A DNA stretch of 64,000 bases, from positions 135,891 through 199,890 of the forward strand of contig JAUYHT010000002.1 of the NCBI GenBank assembly GCA_030688545.1, written 5' to 3'. Positions within the stretch are counted from its first letter, which is position 1; each line of letters starts with the position of its first letter. Of this stretch, positions 27,174 through 37,050 are shown piece after piece. The DNA comes from Candidatus Iainarchaeum sp. (GTDB lineage Archaea > Iainarchaeota > Iainarchaeia > Iainarchaeales > VGJJ01). The position numbers were made by a program, and so were the translations under genes. Under the pieces are notes generated by a model, which was given only the letters and a program-made list of their open reading frames with translations, did no database searches and was not told the origin of the DNA.

Positions 27174-27449
27174 CGGCCGCCGGGGATTCAAAGAATCCCC
27201 TCGTCCATCGGGGCGGCCGATCGAAAGCGGCCCTGGTTGAAAAGTGGACATAGGAATGAAACAAATTGTTACGGCCGCTGGGAGGTCAACGACCTCCCAC
27301 GTCCCTCGGTGCGGCCGGACGAAAACGGCCCTCAAAATCGTGCAGCCGGAGGAAAGCGGAAATTGTCGTCGTTCGGATTAAGTGTCGTTCCGGCCGCCGG
27401 GAGGGTGTAACCCTCCCTCGTCCATCGGGGCGGCCGGACGAAAACGGCC
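27174..27449. repeat. Three tandem copies of a 59-nt GC-rich double-hairpin repeat (at 27174-27232, 27272-27330 and 27391-27449), separated by unique 39-60-nt spacers.
   Basis: Each unit has the form CGGCCGC(C/T)GGG-[hairpin A]-(C/A)CGTCC(A/C)TCGG(G/T)GCGGCCG-[loop]-CGGCC. Hairpin A differs between copies but stays paired: GGGGATTC/GAATCCCC, GGGAGGTC/GACCTCCC and GGGAGGGT/ACCCTCCC. A second 3' hairpin is GCCG-(ATCGAAAG or GACGAAAA)-CGGC. The array lies between the convergent nucS and a membrane-protein gene. Confidence 0.65.
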
Positions 27450-27946
27450 TAGTGCTGCTGCAAAATCCCCCCCATGTAGATTAGGGGGAGGCCGCTCACC
27501 AGGGCAAGGGCTATGGATCCATTGTTCGCCAAGGTGGCAGGGGAGAATGTCAAGACGAGGAAGAGGAGCAGGTGCAATCCCCCCACGCCATACCAGAAAT
27601 GCTTAGTCGTCCATACCAATCCGGTGGCCAGGAATCCGATGGCCGTGACCAATGCCCAGTAGGCCCATGGATCAGGGATGAGCGCGGGAACCAATTGGGA
27701 GGCAAACAGCCAATGATACACCATCCCGAGGATGACCACGACCAGCCAGACATGCACCACTTTGTTCTTGGACCAATGGGGAACCCATTTGATCATTCCT
27801 CCAATGCCAATGAGGGAGAGCAATGTCCACAATGGCAAGGGGGTTGGGAAGGATGGATTATTCAAATAGAATTGATAAATCCCATATCCGAAGAGGGTGA
27901 TGAGACCCCACAATAGGATGGATTTGGAAAACCCGCTCATGGCCAT
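27449..27946 (-). CDS. Hypothetical polytopic membrane protein.
   Basis: The 165-aa protein has about 5 TM helices. Its stop is adjacent to repeat copy 3. Confidence 0.45.
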   Translation of the reverse strand: MAMSGFSKSILLWGLITLFGYGIYQFYLNNPSFPTPLPLWTLLSLIGIGGMIKWVPHWSKNKVVHVWLVVVILGMVYHWLFASQLVPALIPDPWAYWALVTAIGFLATGLVWTTKHFWYGVGGLHLLLFLVLTFSPATLANNGSIALALVSGLPLIYMGGILQQH

Positions 27947-28020
27947 ACGCTTTCTCCTCCAGTGTTGGATGTTAAAAGAGAAGGCTCAAAGGTTTAAAAG
28001 CCTGAAGCGGGTGGGAAGTA

Positions 28021-30453
28021 ATGGTTGATATGGCAAGGAAAATGGGAATCATTGGCCTACTCCTTTTACTGGCTACCAGTGGGTTCGCCCTGGCCGCCGA
28101 TCCCCCGAGTGGGTTGGATGCCACGCTCGCGTCGATGGTGACGAATGGATATGATGCCATTTATTCCAATCGGGGATGGTCCTCCTTGTATGACTTGCCC
28201 CAGACACGATTTTCGTTAGACGAAGCGGATTTTTATGATAATGCCGCCGACTTTGGAGAAACCGGGATGTATGGCCTTGCGCTGCGTCAATTGGCCAACC
28301 CGGAGTATGACCCATTCGGTATTTCGGAGGATGTAGAAACGCAAACTAAGAAATTGGGAGCCAATATCCTACCGTGGATTTGGGTTCCCGATACGGAAGA
28401 TTTTGGGACGGCGGATGGGGCGTTAATGCCCAATGGGGGATTGGCCTATGTTCGGCCGGAGGTGCATGGCATTGTTGTCACGGACAACCAGTGCCGGGAT
28501 GCCACGCTTCCCTATAATGAATATAGCATTCCTATTGACACGGTTAACAAGATCCCATTCTCCAACCTGCAAGGGATTGCGGGAACAGGGATCGCCTTAC
28601 TTAATGCCGCCCAGAAGGATGAGACGAATCGAGATTCCTATTTGCGCATTGCCGAGCGCATGGGAACCCTCATTCTGGACAGCATGATTACTCCCGAAGG
28701 GGAAACATTTGGATTTCACCCCAATGAGATAATGGACAAATATGATAAAAGTATTCCCATCGGGATGGTGCCGTACCAATTCGCCCTAAAAACCACGGGG
28801 GAAGACACCCTTTCCTGTGGGGATGGGGGGACCATCAAACTCAATGAGAACCGGAAGACCTATCTGGCTTTGGCGGGGGTGTTCCTACAACACTTGCATG
28901 CCCAAACCGGGGAAGAAAAATTCGAGCGCGGCGCGAACTATATCTCGGAAGCCATCCTCTCCCAATTACAGTGCGACGGGAGCTTTGTGGATTACACCCG
29001 TTGGGAGGGGCCGGGGATCTATTCATACGTATGCAAACCCACTGATGGGAGCGCGGAATACGAAGCCTATCCTTCCAATGTGGCCGTGAGCCAGACGCAG
29101 GGATGGATAATTGATTCGGCGCTCATCCTCAACCTCTTGCGTCTGAAAGATGACACCATTTATGTGTCGGATAAAGAATACAAGCGGTCGGTGCACTATT
29201 TCTTGGAGCTTGAGGAAACCGAAACGGGATCGGGATTCACTCGAAATGGAGACCCCATCAAGTACGCGAGCTATTCATTGGACATCCAAAACAGAGCGTA
29301 TGGCCAGGTGCTCTTGGCCAATGTTTTCCTCCGCGCCTCCTGCCAGGAAAACGATTCTGGTATTGAATCCCGGCTCCAGACGAAAGCCTATCAATTAATC
29401 AACGGGGCCAACACCGTTGTTCCCGCGGAATTGGATTACAAGATCGGCAGTGCCTTCATAGGAGACCCGGGGTTGCATGCGTATGCGCTCTCGGCCGCTG
29501 CGGACTCATGGAAAATAATCACGCGGGGATGTGAGGATTGCCGTGATAACGATGGCGACGGATACATTGATGGGGGGTGCGCCGGGGATATTGTGAAATA
29601 CGATTGCAACGACAACGATGCCTCCATCCACCCAGGGGCAGAGGAGGTATGCGATATGGTGGACAACGATTGCGATGGCGTGGTTGATAATGGATTCGAT
29701 TTTGATGGGGATGGTTATAGTGTGTGCAGCGAACCGGCGGACTGCAATGATGACGAATCGGATATTTATCCCGGGGCACCCGAAATAATCGACCAGAAGG
29801 ATAATGATTGTAATCTCATCCCAGATGATACGGGGGTGCAGATCCATGTCACTAATGATTTGAACGCGGGAATAGGGAACGTGGATATTCTCCTCGTGGA
29901 TTATGGGAACGCCTGCATCAATGCGTTCAGCGATTTGGTGGGGAGTTTCGACCTGATTCGAAATAAGTGCACCATCGTCAAAACCTGCACCACGGATGAA
30001 AATGGGAGCTGCCTCATGTCCCTTACTAATAGTGGAAAATTCCAAGCATTGGGGGTGGTGGGGGATAAGGGATTGGAATCCGGACCCATCGAGTTCTCCC
30101 CGGGAGGACGGAATGAGGTTTCTCTCCAGGCCAAAGGGTTTGACGATAGCGCCGTGGATCAGAATGATAGTCGGTTGGCCAACAACCCCTCTCTGCTGGA
30201 ATCAAACCCCTATTTGGGATTGGGACTTCTCGTGGTGGTATTGATCATCCTCGGGCTGGGAGGACTCTATATGCACAAGACCGGGAGACTGGGTGCAAAA
30301 GGAAAAGGGAATAGTAGCCCATCGGCCTTGGCCACCCCAAAGAAAGGGTTTTCATTTCCCAAGATTACATTGCCAAAAATCCCCAAAGTAAAAATTTCAG
30401 TTGAGCCGGAAAAGAAAGGAAAAGTGTTGGGAAAATCGGATGGGAAGAAGTGA
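28021..30453 (+). CDS. Large cell-surface protein with MopE-like DNDCD metal/Ca-binding repeats and a C-terminal TM anchor.
   Basis: It has a signal peptide (IIGLLLLLATSGFALA), a unique N-terminal domain of about 480 aa, then CxDxDGDGY...DCNDNDASIHPGAxExCDxVDNDCDG repeats (putative metal-binding motif family). The C-terminus is LGLGLLVVVLIILGLGGLYMHK plus a basic tail. Confidence 0.6.
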   Translation: MVDMARKMGIIGLLLLLATSGFALAADPPSGLDATLASMVTNGYDAIYSNRGWSSLYDLPQTRFSLDEADFYDNAADFGETGMYGLALRQLANPEYDPFGISEDVETQTKKLGANILPWIWVPDTEDFGTADGALMPNGGLAYVRPEVHGIVVTDNQCRDATLPYNEYSIPIDTVNKIPFSNLQGIAGTGIALLNAAQKDETNRDSYLRIAERMGTLILDSMITPEGETFGFHPNEIMDKYDKSIPIGMVPYQFALKTTGEDTLSCGDGGTIKLNENRKTYLALAGVFLQHLHAQTGEEKFERGANYISEAILSQLQCDGSFVDYTRWEGPGIYSYVCKPTDGSAEYEAYPSNVAVSQTQGWIIDSALILNLLRLKDDTIYVSDKEYKRSVHYFLELEETETGSGFTRNGDPIKYASYSLDIQNRAYGQVLLANVFLRASCQENDSGIESRLQTKAYQLINGANTVVPAELDYKIGSAFIGDPGLHAYALSAAADSWKIITRGCEDCRDNDGDGYIDGGCAGDIVKYDCNDNDASIHPGAEEVCDMVDNDCDGVVDNGFDFDGDGYSVCSEPADCNDDESDIYPGAPEIIDQKDNDCNLIPDDTGVQIHVTNDLNAGIGNVDILLVDYGNACINAFSDLVGSFDLIRNKCTIVKTCTTDENGSCLMSLTNSGKFQALGVVGDKGLESGPIEFSPGGRNEVSLQAKGFDDSAVDQNDSRLANNPSLLESNPYLGLGLLVVVLIILGLGGLYMHKTGRLGAKGKGNSSPSALATPKKGFSFPKITLPKIPKVKISVEPEKKGKVLGKSDGKK

Positions 30454-30506
30454 GGAAATATTTTTTATTCGTTAAGGGACAATTTTTTTCTTTTGCAGGA
30501 AATAAT

Positions 30507-31787
30507 TTATTTCTTTCCGCCGAATTCGGCCTTTTTACCTAATTCTTCCTCGATGCGGAGGAGGCGGTTGTATTTGCTGGTGCGCTCGCCCCGCATGAGG
30601 CCGCCGCACTTGATGTAATTGGATTCCCATCCCACCGCGAGGTCAGCGATGAACGTATCTTCAGTATCTCCCGCGCGATCCGAGATGATGGTGGTCCACT
30701 TCGCGGTTTGGGCGAGCATAAATGATTCCAGGGACTCGGAAAGCGTACCCACTTGATTGGGTTTCAAATCTAACCCATTGCAGGCCTTGAGATCCAGAAC
30801 GCGTTTGATTCGGGTGGGGTTGGAAACTAACAAGTCGTCCCCAACTATGGCATGCTTGTGGCCGAAACGCGTCATGGCCCCCTGGAAACCGGGAATGTCA
30901 TCCTCGGCAAAAGGGTCAATGAGCAAGGAAATGGGATAGGATTCAAGAAGGTTAGAATAGAAATTGACGAGCTGACGGTGCGTCATGGTCTTCCCAGTCA
31001 GGTGATACATCCCTTTTTTCCTGAAATGAGACGCAGCCACATTGATGCCTAAACGGATTTGCTTATCGTATCCCAACTCTTTCACGGACGCGAGGATGAG
31101 GTTGAAGGCAACCTCAATATCGGCGGTTGCGAGCGCCATGCCCCCCGAATCCCCTGCATTGAGGGAATGGGAATCGAATTGTTTGGAAGCGGAATCGCGC
31201 ACGGTATGATAGATCTCTGACCCCATCTGGATGGCATGGGCCATGCTCCGGGCCTTCAGGGGTTCGAGGAGAATCTCCTGAAAGGGCAAAACATTTCCCT
31301 TGGCATGGCTCCCTCCCGTGAATAGGGTGAATAATGGCATGGGCAAGGAAAAGGGTTTGGTACTCCCATCCTTTAGGGTGCGCAGATGCTCATAGAGTGG
31401 TTTTTCCTGGAGCAAAGCCCCCAACCGGGCGACGGCGAGGGAGGCGGCGATGGTGGCATTCCCCCCCAATTTGGTCTTTTGAGGGGTTCCATCGGCGTCA
31501 AGAATGAGCTTATCTACCTCATTTTGAGCGCAGGCATTCGCATCCTTGAGCTCGCGGGCTAATACGGTGTGGATTGATTTCAAGGGGGACTGGACCCCCA
31601 TTCCGAGAAAGGGTTTTTCGCCATCCCTCAAATCGTGGGCCTCAAACCGACCTTTACTGACTCCAGATGGGGCCATGGCCGTGCCGATCATCCCATTGGA
31701 ATGGGCCTCAACCTCCACTGTGGGAAACCCCCGGGCATCCAATACCCAGCGCCCCTTCAGTTTTTCGACAGCAAACGGACTTTTCAT
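30507..31787 (-). CDS. eno: Enolase (phosphopyruvate hydratase).
   Basis: The 426-aa protein has the enolase signature regions (SHRSGETED-like GDDLLVSNP, IKxxACNGLDLKPNQVGT). Confidence 0.95.
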   Translation of the reverse strand: MKSPFAVEKLKGRWVLDARGFPTVEVEAHSNGMIGTAMAPSGVSKGRFEAHDLRDGEKPFLGMGVQSPLKSIHTVLARELKDANACAQNEVDKLILDADGTPQKTKLGGNATIAASLAVARLGALLQEKPLYEHLRTLKDGSTKPFSLPMPLFTLFTGGSHAKGNVLPFQEILLEPLKARSMAHAIQMGSEIYHTVRDSASKQFDSHSLNAGDSGGMALATADIEVAFNLILASVKELGYDKQIRLGINVAASHFRKKGMYHLTGKTMTHRQLVNFYSNLLESYPISLLIDPFAEDDIPGFQGAMTRFGHKHAIVGDDLLVSNPTRIKRVLDLKACNGLDLKPNQVGTLSESLESFMLAQTAKWTTIISDRAGDTEDTFIADLAVGWESNYIKCGGLMRGERTSKYNRLLRIEEELGKKAEFGGKK

Positions 31788-31985
31788 GCTTGATTCACAC
31801 GGGGAAAAATACTGCTGTTGTTATGCGTGTAACCCTTTAAGAGCTCATGGGTGGGAGTGAATCGGCCTATGTTTGAGGAATAATTGGAATTTTCATGCAT
31901 TGATTTGTTTTTTAAAGAGGGGGAAAATTGATTAGAAATCTATTAATTATGTAGCAGTAAGGTGGGCTTATTTATGAAAACAGGA

Positions 31986-32705
31986 TCAGGACACCCCAGA
32001 TCGTTCACGCTGGCGTTCCAAAACCACCTTCTTGATGAGGGGAAAACCCTTCCCGCCCAACAATTCCTCGGCGATGGTGGTGGTGACGAAGGTATCGAGA
32101 AAATTGTAATTGGGAGGAGATTCTTTCCCCTCGAGGAGACGCTGAATGCTATTCCAATCCCGCGACACATACCATAACCCTTCAATTTTTTCAGCGATGG
32201 GTTTGTCTCGGGAGGAAAGGGCATCGGTCATGAATGCCATGTCCACTTTTGAGAAGCGCCGGGTGTAAAACCCATCAAACCAATAATCATGCCCGATCAG
32301 GAGGGCTTTTTCAGGGGTGGCTCCCTTTTTCTCCAGAATGGCTTGCATCTGGACCTGACGAAAATACTCATCTTTGCAGTATGGGTCTTCCCCGCAGCGT
32401 TGATCATAAAGGATTTTATCCTCAGGGGACTTGGACGCGATATAAGCCTCATCCACGGCAAACACCATGGAGGGGTCAAAATAGGAAAAGAGGCTGAAAT
32501 CTTTCATTTTAGTGTCGAAAACCTCTTTCTGGAGGGTCGAAATGAGAAAAATCCTCAATTCTGGATGGGATTTTCCGAATGTTTTCATGCCATCTAATAA
32601 TGCCTTCGTCCCCTCTATCTTTAGGTTTGGATTGATCTTCCCGGGGATGAGGATATCCTCCAGGCAGAAAATAAGTATATCCTTAACCAAGGTGGCCATT
32701 CCCAT
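31986..32705 (-). CDS. Hypothetical protein.
   Basis: The 239-aa soluble protein has plausible codon structure. No family was recognised. Confidence 0.35.
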   Translation of the reverse strand: MGMATLVKDILIFCLEDILIPGKINPNLKIEGTKALLDGMKTFGKSHPELRIFLISTLQKEVFDTKMKDFSLFSYFDPSMVFAVDEAYIASKSPEDKILYDQRCGEDPYCKDEYFRQVQMQAILEKKGATPEKALLIGHDYWFDGFYTRRFSKVDMAFMTDALSSRDKPIAEKIEGLWYVSRDWNSIQRLLEGKESPPNYNFLDTFVTTTIAEELLGGKGFPLIKKVVLERQRERSGVS

Positions 32706-32781
32706 AAGGGGGGATGAACCCTTAAAAGGACTCCCGCATGACCCCTTTAAAACATTTTTTCACGTAAAATAGTTAAATATT

Positions 32782-33054
32782 ATGAGGGCACTATCTATGG
32801 CAACCCGGGCGATCCAAAAAATGAGTGCGTGCGTGGTATGCGGAAAAAAGGCCACAGTCGAGAATACCTTCAAACTAGCCAGTTGCGGGACGCACGCGGA
32901 GCTGGGCACGCAAGCGCCTCCGTGTCCGGACTGCGAAACCAAAATGGTGGTGAAGATGGGCACCTCCCGCGCGTTCTGGAGCTGTCCCAAATATCCTCTT
33001 TGCTTCGGCACCCGAAACCTGCTCAATCCATTCGAGGAAGTGGATCAGCTGTAG
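32782..33054 (+). CDS. Small double zinc-ribbon protein carrying a topoisomerase-I-type C4 zinc finger.
   Basis: It has CVVCGKK...CGTH, then CPDCETKMVVKMGTSRAFWSCPKYPLCFGT, which matches the zf-C4 topoisomerase motif CPxC...W.C..YP.C..T. Confidence 0.5.
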   Translation: MRALSMATRAIQKMSACVVCGKKATVENTFKLASCGTHAELGTQAPPCPDCETKMVVKMGTSRAFWSCPKYPLCFGTRNLLNPFEEVDQL

Positions 33055-33161
33055 CTCGCCCTTAAAAAAGTAAAAATGGTCACACGGGAAAACTTATCTA
33101 ATTGGATTTGACCTATTTTTTCCTGCTAATCGCTCCCATTTTTTATTACCAATTAAAAATA

Positions 33162-33809
33162 TCATTCCTCTATTTTCTCTTTCGACTCCACTTCTTCTTC
33201 CACTCGAACATCTCGGGAACGCAAGGGGTTGGGAATTTTCCCCAAAGCTTGGCGCAACCGCTCACGGTTGCTGACGCGACTGGGAACCTCTCCCTTCCAA
33301 CGGGGAATATCCCCTATATGCGCCAAACGGTGTTCCAAGAGGGTATGCCAATGGTAAAATTTAGTAATATTGGACACATCCACGAAGAATGAACTCGTCT
33401 CCATCGCCTGCCCCGGAAACTTTTCCCTGAACAGCTTGATGAAGACCTGGTATTCCCCATAATCAGGGTGCAGGGATTCTAGAAGGAAATGATGATTATT
33501 CAATCCCTCTCCTTCCGCGGCGAAGACCACATTCCCCTGCTCATTCCCCCATTGAATAATTTTTTTAAGAATGGCCGGGTGGGCGGCCTTGACGAATGTG
33601 AACGCATGAAAATCCAGGCCGAACCTTTCCAGATTAGGGAGGATGAGAAACCGATCCACGAACTTCTCCTCCCACAACCTAGTGCGGATGCGGGTGATCG
33701 TGGGTTGGGAGGTCTTCAACCGCGACGCGAGCTCCCTATCCGACAAACGGGCATTACGCGAAAGCTCGAGCAAAACCCTCTTTTCCTTGGATGAAAGGCC
33801 ATTCTTCAT
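33162..33809 (-). CDS. Lrp/AsnC-family transcriptional regulator.
   Basis: It has an N-terminal helix-turn-helix (KRVLLELSRNARLSDRELASRLKTSQPTITRIRTRL) and a C-terminal ligand-binding domain. Confidence 0.75.
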   Translation of the reverse strand: MKNGLSSKEKRVLLELSRNARLSDRELASRLKTSQPTITRIRTRLWEEKFVDRFLILPNLERFGLDFHAFTFVKAAHPAILKKIIQWGNEQGNVVFAAEGEGLNNHHFLLESLHPDYGEYQVFIKLFREKFPGQAMETSSFFVDVSNITKFYHWHTLLEHRLAHIGDIPRWKGEVPSRVSNRERLRQALGKIPNPLRSRDVRVEEEVESKEKIEE

Positions 33810-34455
33810 ATAAGAAACATGGTTTCTCTCCTTTTAACGCTTCTCGCCCTCATGACAGAAAAACAAGGAATGGCCTCCATTCTCCAAATAATGGGATAGT
33901 ACATCCTTCAATATGACCATTTTCATACCAAATATGAATTTTTGATACAGAATAACGGAATTATGGTTTTGGCAGGATTAAATATCAGGAGAGATGTAGA
34001 ATGACACGAGGTGGTTGATGAAAAACGTCGGAAAAAAGATTTCCTAAACCTTGGTTTGGGAGGATAGGCTCACTCGGCTTGAACGAGAACCGACTCCCAA
34101 CCACCTTTTTTCCTTTTTTCCCCAATGCCCCTCCAATCCTCTCCATAAATTCTCCTCCGGGGCCGGGCTCGCGCCCGGCTCCACCCAAACTTTTTTTGGA
34201 AAAAAATTGCCCAATATGCAACTCCTTTTTAGAGAATGGTTTTCCATTACTGACCTCTTTTTTGTAAAAATGGCCAAAATATACATTGTTTTGTTTTGGA
34301 TAAAAAATGAGTTAGATGAAATACCAAACAGGTAGAGGGTGTCACGGCCCAAATCCCTTCCCCCACTCCGAAAGCGGCGCCGCCCCGCCACCGGCATTTT
34401 AACCCTATCCACGCCATTTCTATATCATCCATCCTTTCCCCCTTTATTCCATCGC

Positions 34456-37050
34456 ATGATCACCACCCTCACCCAAAAAGCGTCCGAGAAGGAGGTCTAT
34501 GCCTCGCTCCATCCCCTATTGGGGGGATATTTCCGTCACCACTTCAAGGGATTCACCGAGCCCCAATTGTATGCCATCGTGAATATCCACCAGCGCCAAA
34601 ACATTCTCGTCTCGGCCCCCACCGGAACCGGAAAAACCCTTTCAGCATTCGCCGCGGTGCTGAGCGAACTCATGCAGTACGCGGATGCGGGAAACCTGGA
34701 GGACAAAGTATACTGCGTCTATGTCTCCCCCCTCCGAGCGCTTTCCAATGACATCGAAAAAAACCTGAATCAACCCCTCGAAGAACTCCAGAAAGCCGCC
34801 CAAAAAATGGGAAAAACATACGACATCCGGGTGGGGGTACGCACAGGGGATACGCCGGCCAGCGAGCGCAGCAAGATGCTCCGGAAGCCCCCCCATATCC
34901 TCATAACAACTCCCGAAAGCCTGGCCATCATGCTCGTGGCCCCCAAATTCTCCCAATCCTTCACCTCCACCCAATGGATTATTGTGGATGAGATTCATGC
35001 CCTGGCCTCCGGAAAAAGAGGGACTCAATTGGCCCTCAACCTTGAGATATTGCAACGGTTCTCCCCCTCCGTGACGCGAGTGGGGTTATCGGCCACGGTG
35101 GCGCCCATCGATGAGATGGCCCAATTCCTTGTGGGGAATTGGCACGCCGGCACCCCCCGGGATTGCAAAGTGGTTGATATTGCGCACTTCAAAAAGATGG
35201 ACATGAAAGTCCTATCCCCATTGCCTGACCTGATCAACACTTCCCAGAAAAAAATGGATGCGGCCGTTTACAAAACCCTGGATGATCTCATCTCGGCGCA
35301 TCGCACCACCCTTATCTTCACCAACACCCGCGCGGCCACGGAAAGGGTCGTGCACCATCTCAAGGACCGCTTCCCCCACAAATACGAAGGGTTGATCGGG
35401 GCGCACCATTCGTCATTATCACGCGAACACCGATTGCAGGTGGAAGACCGACTGAAAAAAGGGGAATTGAAGGTGTGCGTGAGCTCCACTTCCCTTGAAT
35501 TGGGAATCGACATCGGATATATTGATTTAGTCATCCTCCTGGGCAGCCCCAAAGGGGTGGCGCGTGCCTTACAACGCATTGGACGCGCCGGACACAAGCT
35601 CCACGACCAAGTGAAGGGACGCATTGTGGTGTTGGATAGGGATGATTTGGTGGAATGCGGGGTGCTCCTCAAGAACGCCCTCGAGAAAAAGATTGACCGA
35701 ATCCACATCCCCCAACGCCCATTGGATGTTTTGGCGCAACACCTTATTGGATTAGTTGTCAATGAACCCCGGGGCATCGATGAAGTGTATGAGGAGGTGC
35801 GACGGGCCTACCCCTATACTAATCTTTCCCGGACGGAATTCCAGAGCATCCTGGACTACCTCTCCGGGGTGTATGCGGGGTTAGAGGTGCGGCATGTCTA
35901 CGCCAAGATTTGGATGGACGAGAAAACAGGATTGATGGGCAAGCGGGGAAAGATGGCCCGTATTCTCTATATGACGAATGTGGGGACGATTCCGGATGAA
36001 GCCAAGATAACCGTGAAGGTAGGCGAAACCCGTATTGGGACATTCGACGAGGCCTTTCTGGAACGCTTGCAAAAGGGAGATCGATTTGTATTGGGGGGAA
36101 ATACGTTCGAGTTCCAATTCGCTCGAGGAATGACTGTTCAAGCCAAGGGGGCCATTGGAAAGCTCCCCACCGTCCCCGCATGGATATCCGAGATGCTTCC
36201 CCTCTCCTATGATTTGGCCACCGACATCCAGGCCTTCCGCCGGCTCATGGAAGAGAAACTGGCCGCCAAGCGGTCAAAAAAAGAGGTAATGGCATTCATC
36301 GATTCGTATTTGTACGTGGATAAGAATGCGGCGGCCGCCATTTATGAATACATGCGCGAGCAGTACCGATTCTCCCACATTCCTCACTCGGGAAAAATAG
36401 TGGTGGAACAAGTGAAGGAAGAAGGGATGACCAACCTCGTATTCCATACTCTCTACGGCCGCCGCGTGAACGATGCCCTATCCCGAAGCTATGCGTATGC
36501 GCTTGGAAAGCTGATCCACCAGGATGTGGATATTTTATTGGGAGATAATGGGTTTGTGTTACGCCACAACGGGCGGGCGAGCGTGGAGAAGCTCATTGAT
36601 GTCGTCCATTCATGGGAATTGGAAAAGATCATGCACGTGGCCCTGCGCAACTCCGAAGTATTGCGGCGACGATTCCGCCATTGCGCGACACGCGCCTTCA
36701 TGATACTGCGTACTTATATGGGGCGAACCAAATCCGTTGGAAGGCAACAGATGAGCTCCCGCCTATTGCTATCCGCCATCCAGCGCATGGACGAGAACTT
36801 CCCCATTCTCCAAGAGGCCCGGCGGGAAGTCCTTGAGGATCTTATGGATGTCCATCACGCCCAAAAGGTGTTGCAGGACATCGAACAACACATGATCAAG
36901 GTCCAGATTGTTCATCTTCCTACTTTCTCCCCATTCGCCTTCAACCTGGTGGCCCAAGGACACTATGACATCGTCAAGATGGAGGACCGGCTCAGCTTTA
37001 TCAAGCGCATGCACGAGAAGGTATTGGCTCATGTCGCCCAAACTGCCTGA
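34456..37050 (+). CDS. lhr: Lhr-like ATP-dependent DNA helicase (SF2, large helicase-related).
   Basis: It has a Q motif, Walker A (APTGTGKT), DEIH, helicase C motifs (HHSSLSREHR...GRAGH), and a long Lhr-type C-terminal domain. The start was set at MITTL (34456). Confidence 0.85.
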   Translation: MITTLTQKASEKEVYASLHPLLGGYFRHHFKGFTEPQLYAIVNIHQRQNILVSAPTGTGKTLSAFAAVLSELMQYADAGNLEDKVYCVYVSPLRALSNDIEKNLNQPLEELQKAAQKMGKTYDIRVGVRTGDTPASERSKMLRKPPHILITTPESLAIMLVAPKFSQSFTSTQWIIVDEIHALASGKRGTQLALNLEILQRFSPSVTRVGLSATVAPIDEMAQFLVGNWHAGTPRDCKVVDIAHFKKMDMKVLSPLPDLINTSQKKMDAAVYKTLDDLISAHRTTLIFTNTRAATERVVHHLKDRFPHKYEGLIGAHHSSLSREHRLQVEDRLKKGELKVCVSSTSLELGIDIGYIDLVILLGSPKGVARALQRIGRAGHKLHDQVKGRIVVLDRDDLVECGVLLKNALEKKIDRIHIPQRPLDVLAQHLIGLVVNEPRGIDEVYEEVRRAYPYTNLSRTEFQSILDYLSGVYAGLEVRHVYAKIWMDEKTGLMGKRGKMARILYMTNVGTIPDEAKITVKVGETRIGTFDEAFLERLQKGDRFVLGGNTFEFQFARGMTVQAKGAIGKLPTVPAWISEMLPLSYDLATDIQAFRRLMEEKLAAKRSKKEVMAFIDSYLYVDKNAAAAIYEYMREQYRFSHIPHSGKIVVEQVKEEGMTNLVFHTLYGRRVNDALSRSYAYALGKLIHQDVDILLGDNGFVLRHNGRASVEKLIDVVHSWELEKIMHVALRNSEVLRRRFRHCATRAFMILRTYMGRTKSVGRQQMSSRLLLSAIQRMDENFPILQEARREVLEDLMDVHHAQKVLQDIEQHMIKVQIVHLPTFSPFAFNLVAQGHYDIVKMEDRLSFIKRMHEKVLAHVAQTA

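Noticed and set aside
27174-27449. Possible CRISPR array (regularly spaced GC-rich repeats with unique spacers).
   Set aside because: The repeat units are not identical. Each contains a different internal hairpin, which CRISPR repeats never do. There are only three units with uneven spacing, and no cas genes are in the window. It is better described as a structured repeat family.
34162-34210. GC hairpin followed by a T7 tract, as a Rho-independent-style terminator.
   Set aside because: It lies in a divergent promoter region (lrp/lhr) with no upstream gene to terminate on that strand. It was folded into the AT-palindrome repeat-family observation.
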